In this document: piece by piece, positions 51,901 through 64,000 of the stretch
Position numbering within the stretch: the stretch's first letter is position 1
Layout: each line of letters opens with the position of its first letter
NCBI GenBank assembly: GCA_951406725.2
Contig: OX597823.1
Location: 97,650,001 to 97,714,000, forward strand
Direction: 5' to 3'
Length of the DNA stretch: 64,000 nt
Source of the DNA: Octopus vulgaris
Lineage: Eukaryota
Notes under the pieces: model-generated
What the model was told of the DNA's origin: nothing
Seen by the model: the letters and a program-made list of their open reading frames with translations, nothing else
Database searches by the model: none
Program-made: the position numbers and the translations under genes

Positions 51901-52754
51901 AGTAAAAGTTTTCAACAATTCCGTTTAAAATAGAGGCACATTATAATTTTGGGTTGGATTTGAATACAAGTTAAGTATGTAAAGTGATTATGTATTCAAA
52001 CTTAAATTTTACAGCCAATATCTTTAATAACAAAAACAAAGTAATAAAACAATAGTTCGTAATTTGTTCTCTTTATCCAGAGCAATGGCTCTAAATCTCA
52101 TCTCATATTTAACAGCCTATGTGCCTTAGTTCTGGTATAACAAGGCTAGCCAGAACAACGCAACAATAACAACAGCAACCAGAAAAATTGTAACAATAAT
52201 AGTAACGACAACCAGGATGGATATAGTCGATATACCTTAGTATTTGATTGATATTTCATATTATCAAGTCCCGTAGAGGAAAGGCAAAATCGACCTCGGT
52301 GACATTTGAACTCAAAACTCAGGGGTTCGTATTTTCATACCGTAAGGTACTCTGAATTATCTTCTGCATATCTACCATCCATTGCCATTAATGATTTTTT
52401 TTAAACATTTCTAACAAAAGGCCACAAATTTTGCAGGGAGAGATATAAGTTAATGATATCGACCCCAGTACATAACTGGTAATTCATATTATTATTCACC
52501 CCGGAGTGATGAAAGGCAAAGTTGAATACGACAGGATTTTAAATCAGTAGGCAAAGGACTGTAACTAAATACTGAAAGGTATTAAATTGTTGTTATTTTG
52601 TCGATCCCACCGAGATCAGAACTCAGAATATAAAAGATCAGCAATAGTAAGGAGGAGGAAGATACAACTACTTGTACATAAAATGTGAAAAGGCTAAAGT
52701 GTAACCCAAAACTTGGGCTACAGAATACCATGCTAGGTGGAAAGGAAAGCTCCT

Positions 52755-54336
52755 GGATCTTTTCGGTTTGAACGGCAGTTTTTTCTAGCGGTGTCATATG
52801 AAATTGTCACCCATAATTATGACCCTAGTATCGATCTATTGCATTTCAATCTGTTTTAGGGTTAGGGTTAATTAGGGTTAAGGTTAGGGTTAGGGTTAGG
52901 GGTGGGGGAAGGGTATCTTTTTTTCTTCACAAATGTAAATAAGCCCAATCTGTTTCTTAAACGAGGGACATATTCATACGGCACATAATGTATTTTACCT
53001 CAATGGACGTCACTGACTGGTTGAAATTGCAGAAATTGAAGAAAAGATAACAACAAATATCTTACAAACTATAGAATTTTCTCAATAAAGCCAAGAGAAA
53101 AAGATGTTTTATAAACACACTAGCAGTATCGCCCGGCGTTGCTCGGGTTGTAAGGGAAATAACTATATAAGCATTTTTAGAGAGTTATAGCCAAAAAATA
53201 GCAAAAAAATGCATTAAAAATTGAAAAAAAATTAAGGTAAATTTTTCTTTAAATCGTTGACACATCGTAGATATTTTTAGAGAGTTACTTCCCTTATATA
53301 AAAGCGAAAAAATGCATTAAAATGGAAAAATATGATGGTAATTTTTTTTAAATCGTAGACTCATCGTAGACGCGCGCTAATACCCAGAAGGGCTCGTTTG
53401 TTATTCTGGGTAACTTTCTGTAAAATTATTAAAATTTTGTTCAAACATCGCTATAGAAAATGGGTTATTAGCTAATATTCAATTGGGTATACAACAAAAT
53501 TTTACAATAGAATTTGTTATTCTGGGTAACTTTCTGTAAAATTATTAAAATTTTGTTCAAACATCGCTATAGAAAATGGGTTATTAGCTAATATTCAATT
53601 GGGTATACAATAAAATTTTACAATAGAATTTGTTATTCTGGGTAACTTTCTGATACCCATAATAATATTTATGGCAAAATAGGCCTTAATTTCATTTAAG
53701 GTTGTGGGAAATAACAAACTATCCTTTCTTTCGGTTTGTTTACGTTTAGCGTAATGATTTCAAATAGGCTCATTCGAAAAAGTAAATAGAAATAGTCTAA
53801 GGCTTTACTCTTCTGGGAAAGTCTGTGGCTTGGTCCAGTTTCTTCAGAAAACTCACCGAAAGAAACAGTTTTTAAATTTTCACTCCATTCAGGTACCAAT
53901 TCGTTTTCTTTATCGCTGTCGGATTCACTGTTTTCACTTTAATAGCTGCAAACTTGCAAAGACAAAGGAGGAGAAGGGTGATAGCGTCAGTGAAACAATT
54001 CGCTCCCTTTGTGTGTGTGTGCGTTTGCGTGTGGTGTAAACCAGACTAAGAAAAGCATTTGACACACACACCAGAATGTGAGTTTTCTGTAAATTTTGCT
54101 TAATTGGAGTTTAAATTTTAAAAACTGGACCTGGCATGACGCGATGCATTGTACTCTTAAAACTGCTAGGTAAATTGTAATTGAAGAAATCCTATATTGT
54201 AGATTTGTATAACTCCCAAAGGGAGGCAGATAAAATCTGCCTTTTATAATAAGAGATTCTACCAGTATACGAAGTTTAAAATTTTTTAGTTACCTAGAAA
54301 TTATGTTAAAGACTGCCGTTCAAACTGAAAAGATCC
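52755..54336. mobile_element. Non-autonomous DNA transposon with GGATCTTTTC TIRs and 8-bp TSD (Merlin-like), containing (TTAGGG)n and a nested Helitron
   Basis: TIRs GGATCTTTTCGGTTTGAACGGCAG / CTGCCGTTCAAACTGAAAAGATCC. TSD AAGCTCCT at 52747-52754 and 54337-54344. Confidence 0.85.
53120..54256 (-). mobile_element. Non-autonomous Helitron
   Basis: Minus strand runs 5'-TCTCTTATTATAA ... CCCGAGCAACGCCGGG hairpin ... CTAG-3'. It is inserted between A and T of the host sequence, which is contiguous (AACACA|TTCTACCAG) in the empty copy at ~9150, with no TSD. It has internal ~117-bp tandem repeats. Confidence 0.9.
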
Positions 54337-54514
54337 AAGCTCCTACCTGGCCAGTACCTGAAAGAAGTTGAGCAGGCAAGAAATAGCCAACGAAAAAATC
54401 GTAACTCTAGCTGAGAAACGCATCTCTCAAAGCTAAGACTGCGGTACAGGTTCAAAGTCTTCTCACTAGAAACTACCAAAAGCATGCAATGAAGTAGAAT
54501 CTCTTTTTTTAAGT

Positions 54515-54655
54515 TCAGTGCCGTTGTTTCAATGAAACAATTGACCACATTGTCTTTGGCTGGTCAGTCTTTGCTAAGAAAGAATACATCAACCGGCATG
54601 ACAGAGATGGGACCCACACATACGGGAAACCATGAAGCATTGCATTACAAATAAG
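54515..54655 (+). mobile_element. R4/Dong-like LINE zinc-knuckle fragment
   Basis: CRCFNETIDHIVFG.SVFAKKEYINRHDR resembles the RLE-clade motif ETIDHIvSGC..LA..EY..RHD. Confidence 0.6.
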
Positions 54656-54661
54656 ACTATT

Positions 54662-54692
<31 letters not shown>

Positions 54693-54869
54693 TCCAAATT
54701 TTGGCGCAAATCCAGCAATTTTAGTGGGAAGAGGTTACTTGACTGGAACTTTATTTTATCGACCCCCGACAGGATGAAAGGAAAAGCTGACCTTGATGGG
54801 ATTTGAACTCAAATAACAAGAACGATAATAACAACTGCAACAACAGCAACAACAATAATAATAATCATC

Positions 54870-55270
54870 CTTTCTACTAAAGCACAAGAGCCTGAAATTT
54901 GGGGGAGGGGACTAGTCGATTGCATCGACCCCAGTGCGTAATTAGTGCTTAAATTATCGACCCCGAAAGGATTAAAGGCAAAGTCGACCTCGGCGGAATT
55001 TGAATTCAGAACGTAGCGAGGGGTGAAATACCTATTTCTATTTCTTTACTACTCACAAGGGGCTAAACACAGAAGGAACAAACAAGGACAGACAAACGGA
55101 TTAAGTCGATTAGATCGACCCCAGTGGGTAACTGGTACTTATTTAATCGACCCCGAAAGTATGAAAGGCAAAGTCGACCTCGGCAGAATTTGAACTCAGA
55201 ACGTAGCGGCAGACGAGATACCGCTAAGCATTTCGCCCGGCGTTCTAACGATTCTGCCAGCTCACCGCCT
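54870..55270 (-). mobile_element. SINE family B with duplicated body
   Basis: Reverse complement of the 41971-42358 structure. Confidence 0.88.
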
Positions 55271-55290
55271 TAATAATAATGACAATAATA

Positions 55291-55321
<31 letters not shown>

Positions 55322-55380
55322 TACCACCAACAATAACAACAACAAACAATAACAACAACAATAATAATAACAACAATTAC

Positions 55381-55431
<51 letters not shown>

Positions 55432-55432
55432 C

Positions 55433-55817
55433 AGGTGCAGGAGTGGCTGTGTGGTAAGTAGCTTGCTTGCCAACCACATGGTTGCGGGTTCAGTCCCACT
55501 GCGTGGCACCTTGGGCAAGTGTCTTCTACTATAGCCTCGGCCCGACCAAAGCCTTGTGAGTGGATTTGGTAGACGGAAACTGAAAGAAGCCCGTCGTATA
55601 TATGTATATATATGTATGTGTGATTGTGTGTCTGTGTTTGTCCCCGCCAACATCGCTTGACAACCGATGCTGGTATGTTTACTTAGCGGTTCGGATAAAG
55701 AGACCGATAGAATAAGTACTAGGCTTACAAAGAATAAGTCCTGGGGGTCGATTTGCTCGACTAAAGGCGGTGCTTCAGCATGGCCGCAGTCAAATGACTG
55801 AAACAAGTAAAAGAGTG
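55433..55817 (+). mobile_element. SINE family A, full length, in a (TAT)n tract
   Basis: Matches the other family A copies. Confidence 0.88.
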
Positions 55818-57937
55818 TCATTATTATTATTATTATTTATTAACATTAAGCTAGTTGATACATTAAAGACATTTAGTTCTTTAAGGCATGTATCTACCAT
55901 CCATTTGTAAAAGTGGTACACAGCCATCTTAGTAAGTATGTTGACAATTAGCCGAGAACTTTCGGCACCTTGAATAACGTTGAATATCAAGGTAGCCTTA
56001 AAAACTTTCGAGAATTTCTTTTACATAAAACTCTTCTGCTACACTTTCGAAAGTTTTGGTAACTTTGAATCAACATCCAAGTTGTTGTTATTGATGATGA
56101 TGATGATGATGATGGGGGAGAATGGGGAGAAGGAAGCAAAGGAGAGGGGCATGTTATTCCGATTGGCATAAAATATTTCCAAAAAATACCCAAAGTAGGT
56201 TCAGTAAACAATTTTTTTTAGGGAATTGTCACACAGCCATATGTTAGCATTGAGCAATTTTCATTCTTACCGTCAGCATTTTACTAACTCCGAAAATTTT
56301 TATCATTTTTGAACATTTGTGTCAACTTTCAACATATTTGTTAACGGTGGATATCCTAGGAAACTTTGAACACTTTTGCTAATCTTGGTTTCGAATTTTG
56401 GCACGGGGAAGGGACAAGTTGATTGCATCTTATTTTATGGACCCCACAAGGAGGAAAGGCAAAATCGATCTCGGCAGAATTTTAACTCAGAACATAAAGA
56501 TGGACGAAATGCCGTCTAAGAGTTTTTGCCAGGCAAACCAGTTCGCCGCCTTCGCTTTCGCTAATCTTGCAAAAGGTTTCGTAACTTTCTTTTTTTGATG
56601 ATGATGATTTTTAAGTTTAAGTTAAGTTAATTTTTTGGCTCAAAAAGCAAAAAGCAAGGCCATGTAGGATGATGATGATGATGAGGAGGAGGAGGAGGAG
56701 GAGGTGGAAGAGGAATAGGATGGGTAGTAGTAGTGGTGGTGGTGGTGGTGGTGGTAGTAGTAGTAGTGGAGGGGGAGGGGAGGAGAGGAGGTAGCGGTGG
56801 TGGAGGAGGAGGTGGTGGTGGAGGAGGAGGGGGAAGGTGGAGGAAGAGGGGGGAGGAGGCCGAGGAGGGGAAAGAGGAAGAGGAGGAGGACGAAAAGGAG
56901 AGGGAATGATTGTTTGATAGTTTCTCTTACAAAGGATATTACTGGTATAGCAAAAGAGGGCGCAGCGAGTGTTATTTGGGTTTGATTCACCGTGAAAAAA
57001 CCGCCAACGACACTGCAGGTCTGTGACGTAAACAGAAGACGATAAATGCATTAACAGAGCCTACGTTTGGAATTGCATAACGTCCGTGCATTCCTTCAAA
57101 GGGTTTCCAGTTGCGCAAAGAGTGAAATGGCTACAATCAGGAATCAAAATTTTCTTCAATCTTTGTCTTTTTTGCCCTATAGAGCATGAGGTTGATTTAA
57201 CTCAGGTATTTAACTGGTACTTATTTCATCGACTTCAGAAGAATGAAAATCAAAGACGACAAAGTAAAATATTCTTCAACCTTAAATATATTTCTTAACC
57301 CTCAACATCTCATTAGTCTTAACATTTTAATTAACCAAAACTATTTTCGTTACTCTCCAAAGCTTCTATAAAATCTACCTAAAAATGTGTCTAATTCTTG
57401 TTATAAGAAATGAAACTTGATGTGTTTCTTAATTAGCAAATAATAACAGTAACGAAGGAATAAGAAATAATTAATTATACGAAATGTGCGTGTGTGTGTC
57501 AGATAAAAGGGGATAACTGAATCGAAGATGGATCCTCCCCAGCACTCCAGCGAATACCAGCTAACAGGTTGTATATAGTAGACAGTTTATCTTAAACAAA
57601 GCCGTCCATACAAATTGGAAATCCTGGCCTAATAGATTAGGTATACTACATTAAGTTGAATAGCGAATGTAGTTCACTCTGGTATTAGAATGAATTCTTT
57701 AGCTATGAGCGTTTCGATTCTACATGGTACATAGAATTCCATGAATAATACACTAAAGATCTATACTGATATCTATACGGATATCTAGTCAGAAAGATAG
57801 CCAGCAGAAAGATAGCATGGCTACACCGGTAGAAGCTAAGTAATGAATGGGGTGGGGGGAGGTGTCAAGATTGTTCTGTGATATTAAGAGCTGAGGAGGA
57901 AGTGATGATGATGACGATACAGACGGCGGCAAAGAGG

Positions 57938-58058
57938 AAGAAGAAGAAGAAGAAGAAGAAGAAGAAGAAGAAGAAGAAGAAGAAGAAGAAGAAGAAGAAG
58001 AAGAAGAAGAAGAAGAAGAAGAAGAAGAAGAAGAAGAAGAAGAAGAAGAAGAAGAAGA
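57938..58058. repeat. (AAG)n microsatellite (~40 units)
   Basis: Direct reading. Confidence 0.97.
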
Positions 58059-58750
58059 TAATGAAGGAGATAATAAAAAATACACTTGATGGCAGTGGTC
58101 CTGAAAATGGTGATCGCTGTGGCACCAGTATTCCTGAAGTGAAAGATCAAAATGGAAATAGAAGCATCCCTTTCATCGTCACTGCTTCCGTCTCCGTGTT
58201 CAACATCCATCGCCACCCGTTAATCACTGGTACCACTCGCGCCGTATTCACTGCCATTAAAATCAACAACCATTTTACTGTATCTTTCATCATCACCAAC
58301 AATACAATCATCATCATCATCATCATCGACATGAATGCATTCATCACAACCATGGCTCCCTCCTCCCTTTTACCATATTACATTCCCATCTTCTCATCCA
58401 CCAACTTGCCCCAACTGGTATATCTATCGTTTTCTCTTATACATCATATAAAGAGCTCTCCTTTATTTACTGCTTCTGTCTCTAACATGGTTCCAGCCGA
58501 AACGAAATCTATTTTGTCAAATTTGTTTTCTATAAAACACGCACAGAGACACACAAGCATAAAGGCACATGCACACACAAACACACACACACACACAAAC
58601 ACACTTAGTCACAAACATATATACACACTCCCTCTCTCACATATACACTCACGCATACACAAACACACACACATATATGTGCATGTGCTTGCGTACGTGT
58701 GTATTGCAAACAGAAGAATTAAAGAATGAATGGAAGATAGATTTCGATGG

Positions 58751-58781
<31 letters not shown>

Positions 58782-59633
58782 CATATATATACACAACCTT
58801 GTATGTATGTATGTATGTATGTATGTATGTATGTATGTATGTATGTATGTATGTACGTATGTATGTATGTGCGTGTGTGTGTGAGTACAGGCACAGAGAT
58901 AGATAGATAGATGTGGAGAAATCAGTTGCTAACCCAGTGGGTAGCACATTATAACTGGTGTAATATAACTACACCCTCACCCACCCCTCACACCACCACA
59001 ATCCTCCAATCTCATAAAGACTAGCAAAAAAGCGTATGCCGTTTGCTGTTTAGCTGTTTTACAAGTTCGTGCAAATAGCAGTTCTTTAGAAAATATATAT
59101 TTATATCTAGGGATAGAAGGAATTAGAGAGAAAGAAAATGCTCAATTAAAATGTCCTAAAAAAATCTAGCTTAAATGCTAACTTAAGCTGAACTTTGCAA
59201 AACATTAAAATTTTCTTGTAATTAATTGAGCATTAAATTATTTTCGAGCTAAGAATACATCTGCATACTTAAATTGGATGTGATTTTAGACATAAAACAA
59301 TAGGAATCAAAGCCACAACTCTTAGTAAACGTTTGAATAAATTGGAGTACTATGGGTATCATTGGGCAATGTTCCAATGTGTTTAAAAAGCGCGTGGGTT
59401 TGTTTCCCAATAAATATTTGTTTTAGTGTGTTTTGGCTTTGTTGTCAACATTCAGTTTAAATATACAAAATTGTATTTAAATCATTATAATCATTTCTTT
59501 TACTGCTCTTTTTCGTTTATCTTTTTTTTAAATCATTTTCAGTTTTGCATTTATCTTTCCCTCTGTGTTTCTGTTTTCTTCTTCCTATTTTGTTGGCACC
59601 AAAAAAAAAAAAGAAAAAAAGAAAAATCCATTT

Positions 59634-59847
59634 TTATTTGTCATTGAGTAGCCTTGTTCGTGCTCGTCTCGTTTTCTTCATCTTCGACTGGTGAAGTTTG
59701 TTGATGGCATCAGAGATGAGACAAAGATCGGCTCGAACAAAACTGACTACTTGGCTAATGGCTGACAAACTTTCGAGAACCATAACCGACTGTGAATAAG
59801 GATCGTAGCGCACAGTGAAGGGTCGTTTGATGTTCGAAGCAAATTCC
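59634..59847 (-). CDS. TPH: Tryptophan hydroxylase, last coding exon (tetramerisation helix)
   Basis: Acceptor TTTTTCCAG, then (R)EFASNIKRPFTVRYDPYSQSVMVLESLSAISQVVSFVRADLCLISDAINKLHQSKMKKTRRARTRLLNDK* (TAA at 59634-59636). The phase matches the previous exon. Confidence 0.9.
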
Positions 59848-60612
59848 CTGGAAAAATCAGAAACAGGAGAGATACAAAAGCATGAGAAATTGGGGCCTTT
59901 TTTAGTCTCATACGTCAGATACGAATTTTTTGAAAACTTCTACACCGATTTAGTTTTTCACGCTAATGACGATTTGGAGAAGAAATTAAAAATAGAGAAA
60001 TTAGGAATCTATAAAGATAGGTTATTTTTTAACATTTCATCCAATCAAATACGACCATTTTTTGCATACTGGATGCAGGAACTGCCGTATATTCCCATAG
60101 CGACATATTGGACCAGTATGAGAGACATTGCAATGAAACAAATTTAAACCAGGATGGAGAAACAAGAAATTAAAAATCATCATGAGAACAGGTGTGTTTG
60201 ATGAAAAAACTAACGACTGTCCGATTCTATAAGCCAACACCACTGAAGTTGATTATAACAACTACATGAGGGAACTGTGCGCAGAGGATCTACTTCACAG
60301 CCCAATTTCAGATGCCAAGTGTTAAAAAATTGGTCTTCATTTAACGCAAGATTGCCGTTCCTCCAAAGAGACTAGCAATGATAAATCGTGCCTGGCAATG
60401 ATCGACTTCATCTGCTCGCCATGCAGGAATATCTGCAGATACCACAGCCTCAGTGAATGTCTGCACAATAATCATCCACGGCATATCCAATCTTCCACAT
60501 AGAGGTGGCTGGCAGCAGATGGACAGCCTGTCACTAGAATAATAATGTAGCTGATAATAAGGAATGGTAAGAAATATAACAGAATATAATTCAATTATGT
60601 AGTATTGCATAC

Positions 60613-60746
60613 CTGATTTGATTTTGGGCCTCTTTGAAAGATTCACTGACAAAATAGGCATCCTGGTATGTGGAAACCTGACATTCTTGTTCAATGACTT
60701 TGTCAGGGTCGAACGGCTTTTTAATAGCTGCGTCTGTGAGAACATG
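60613..60746 (-). CDS. TPH: Tryptophan hydroxylase, internal exon (134 nt)
   Basis: TTTTGCAG|HVLTDAAIKKPFDPDKVIEQECQVSTYQDAYFVSESFKEAQNQIR|GTATGC, which is the aromatic amino acid hydroxylase catalytic C-terminal region. Confidence 0.92.
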
Positions 60747-60756
60747 CTGCAAAAAT

Positions 60757-61010
<254 letters not shown>

Positions 61011-62303
61011 TGTTACGGTTGGCTAAGTGCATTTCGGGTTTAATTAGTGTAGTGTTTCTGGTGACCCACATAGGAATAATGGCACCATGATGTCTGGTGA
61101 AATGTGACGGGTTCTTTGTCTAATGGAGGACTGATGGGTTTTGGAATGACCTGTGACCTCGTGTGGTTGATAAGAGGGTCAGTGAGAATGTGAAAAAGGG
61201 ACAGATTAAGGGCTGAGAGCAAATAGAGATAGGGTATAAGCAGTAGGGGACGGATGGAGAGGCTAAGAGACAGCAGGTGATATAGATAGAGTAAGGAATC
61301 AGATAGCAAATAGAAAGGCTAAGAGACAGCAGGCGATATAGATAGGGTATAAGGACCAGGGCAGTTAGAAAGGGTAAGAGCGATATAGACAGAGGGAGAT
61401 GAGGGAGTGGAAGTCAGGACAAGGAAGTGAGGTTCTGGGCAGTCGTTGAGCGGTCGTCGAGGAACGCAGACGGATCTTGCAGTTCGTGGCTGGTCGTCGA
61501 AGAAGAGAGACGGACTCTGGAGGTCAGAGCGAGTGGATGGAACCTTGGATTTAAGGAGCAAGCGTTGGAATTCCTGGGAGCGAGCTGGGATGCGAGGAGG
61601 CCTAGGGGCAAGCGATTGGAATATGCACAGAGGGGAATTAGCAGAGTATTCAGAGGATTTGGCAGTATTCAGAGATGAGTGCAGAATGGGACACTGGCGA
61701 TTCAGTTAGGAATTAAGGTATGTGTTTGTGCATTGATATGTGTCACGGTGTATACGGACCGACAGAAAAGAACAGTCAAGGACTCTGTCGATGTGGTCGA
61801 TAAAGGACATTGTGAATTGAGTAAAGGACTTGTTGAATTGTAACGTGAATTGTTGTGATACGAACATTGTATAATGTATCGAAGTGTTCTGATTGGACTG
61901 TGACGTATCGTGAACATTATTTGATCTGGACTTGTTGTGTCGTTACTGAACACTGTTATATTGTTACATGCATGTTGTTAAATACTTTGATCTGTTGTAT
62001 GATGTATTGAGTAGTCACGTGCATGTCTTCCTTTAAATGTCTGCCTTAAATGTATTTGATGTGTAGCAATTGTAATTGTCGTATAAACTGTTGTTTGAAT
62101 ATAAGCCAGTGTTGCCAGTTGTTGCCTTGCCTCTTTGGGTTGTATCTCGGGTTGTGCCTCTGTATCTCTGTGCTGCTGAGGTGGTTGAGGTTGTGGCAGT
62201 ATCTATCTGTATCTCCTCTCTCCGCCTCTTTGGGTTCCGTGGCGGAACTTGTGTGAGCCGTTCGGGGCGAGCGACGGCGGGCGATTCCGTCCGTTCCGTA
62301 ACA
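61011..62303 (+). mobile_element. Probable solo LTR (Gypsy-like) in TPH intron
   Basis: Termini TGTTACGG...CCGTAACA (TG..CA, 8-bp inverted) and 4-bp TSD ATAC within (CATA)n. No convincing ORF. Confidence 0.7.
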
Positions 62304-62470
62304 ATACATACATACATACGTGCGTGGGCAAAAATGCTTCTACGAAGAACATTAAAGACAATAGAAAAACCTGGCTAAGTTTATATGTGAGACGGAAAAG
62401 GTGGAGATCTATGATCATCAACGCCTGTAGACATGGCTCATAAAAGAAAAGCTGCAATACAAAATCTTAC

Positions 62471-62566
62471 CTTGAGTTCTCCAATCGAAGACAAGAGACC
62501 AGCGCCATACACTCTGAGCTGACCATTTTCTCGGCACAATCCGAATTCAATTGTGAAGAAATAACA
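62471..62566 (-). CDS. TPH: Tryptophan hydroxylase, internal exon (96 nt) with iron-ligand Glu
   Basis: CCCTAG|[32 protein letters not shown]|GTAAGA. YFFT is TPH-type, whereas PAH and TH have YWFT. Confidence 0.93.
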
Positions 62567-62617
62567 CTAGGGAGAAATGTAACTCGGTCATAATTTAAAA
62601 ACGAAATAGAGACAGAA

Positions 62618-62723
<106 letters not shown>

Positions 62724-62736
62724 TAGATAGATAGAG

Positions 62737-62794
<58 letters not shown>

Positions 62795-62801
62795 GACAGA
62801 T

Positions 62802-62852
<51 letters not shown>

Positions 62853-62986
62853 GACAGATTAGATAGATAGATAGATAGATAGATGGATGGATAGATAGAC
62901 AGATAGATAGATAAGACAGATTAGACATAGATAGATAGATAGATACATAGATAGATAGATACATAGATAGATAGATAGATAGATAA

Positions 62987-63665
62987 GTTTCTTTATTGGC
63001 CACACAGAGCTGCACATAGATGGGACAAATTACAAGGTAGAGTTTTGGGGGGGGGGTGAAAAAAAGTGGCGTAGGTTTTCGATCAAAAGGGATCGTAAAA
63101 GGGAAAAAAGAAAAAAAGAAAAAAAAGGAAAAGAAACAAAAGAAAAGAAAAAAGAAAAAGGAAGAAAAAAGAGGAAAAAAGGGAAAGAGGAAAAAAAACG
63201 ATGAATAGGGATCGTGTATCACAGTGTCATGATGTACGGTGTAAAGTGGGAAGCAGATACGGTTTATCCGTGGGAAGAAAAGCCTACGAAAAAGACCACG
63301 GTAACCTCGGTCCATATTGTTATATGTTACCACATTTATTGGCAAGTGGATAACCCTCTGTTTTAAATTTCCGGGTTCATAGCATTATGCTCAAGGTGGC
63401 TTCGTCATTCATACGTGCCACCCTTGCTACATTCATCCATCTTTTTTTAAAACATTCGCTAGACAAAACTTGCCTCTCTACTCTCACTTTCCTTTTCAAG
63501 TGGTACTTGAAGAAGTTGATGAGAGATTGATCAGAGAGGAAAGTGTTTGTCTCCAATCCTTTCAGACCCGTCCACCAGATACATTCTTTCGCCTTAGCCA
63601 CAAGGATGATGAAAATAGCTCTTCCTTCCCGTTTGAAGGAAGGAGGCGTGACAATATTGACGATA
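62987..63665 (-). mobile_element. Tx1/L1-clade LINE 3' end (ORF2 C-terminus, 3' UTR) in (GATA)n
   Basis: ..LVAKAKECIWW..FKYHLKRKVRVER..FKKRW..* followed by a T-rich UTR and AATAAAGAAAC joined to (TATC)n. Confidence 0.75.
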
Positions 63666-63741
63666 TAGATAGATAGATAGATAAATACATAGATAGATAG
63701 ATAGATAAATACATAGATAGATAAGACAGATTAGATAGATT

Positions 63742-63801
<60 letters not shown>

Positions 63802-63802
63802 T

Positions 63803-64000
63803 GTTTCTTTATTAGCCACACAGGGCTGCACACAGATAGAACAAATTACAAGGTAGAGCTTTTCTTTTGAAGGGTTAGAGAAAAAAAAAAAAAAAAAAAA
63901 AAAAAAGGGAAGGGGGAGTTTCGATCAAAAGGGATCGTAAAGGGAGAGAAAGAGGACAAAAAAGGGGGGTTAAAAAAAGGGGGGAGGAAAAAAAAAAAAA
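63803..64000 (-). mobile_element. Second copy of the same Tx1-like LINE 3' end (runs off window)
   Basis: GTTTCTTTATT.GCCACACAG.GCTGCACA.AGAT..ACAAATTACAAGGTAGAG matches 62987-63042, again abutting (GATA)n. Confidence 0.8.

Noticed and set aside
52856-52901. TTAGGG repeats as a telomere or fusion site
   Set aside because: Short, degenerate and internal to a TIR element with a TSD.
57878-58729. 283-aa poly-Lys ORF
   Set aside because: Made of (AAG)n, (ATC)n and (CA)n tracts.

Overview
AT-rich, microsatellite-dense animal genomic DNA. The SINE families and repeat landscape suggest a cephalopod (octopus-like) genome, which is an inference. Host genes supported by sequence: the first coding exon of Rab18 (minus strand, 4350-4420; the rest of the gene runs off the window start) and the last three coding exons of a tryptophan hydroxylase (minus strand, 62471-62566, 60613-60746, 59634-59847). 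The ~55 kb between them is mostly transposon debris. It contains tRNA-type SINEs, LINE fragments (RTE, HERO/R2-like, CR1-like, R4/Dong-like, Tx1), mariner remnants, a Helitron nested in a Merlin-like MITE, a probable solo LTR and a ~2.95 kb tandem duplication. The most notable signal is a set of type I hammerhead-ribozyme motifs from several unrelated families, with palindromic stem III and often an unusually long stem II. They sit in fold-back Penelope-like elements inserted in (TA)n tracts: one young RT/GIY-YIG copy next to the Rab18 promoter, several non-coding mini-elements, and one retrozyme-like unit in Rab18 intron 1. Most long ORFs in the track are microsatellite artefacts. Transposon boundaries are approximate unless termini are quoted.
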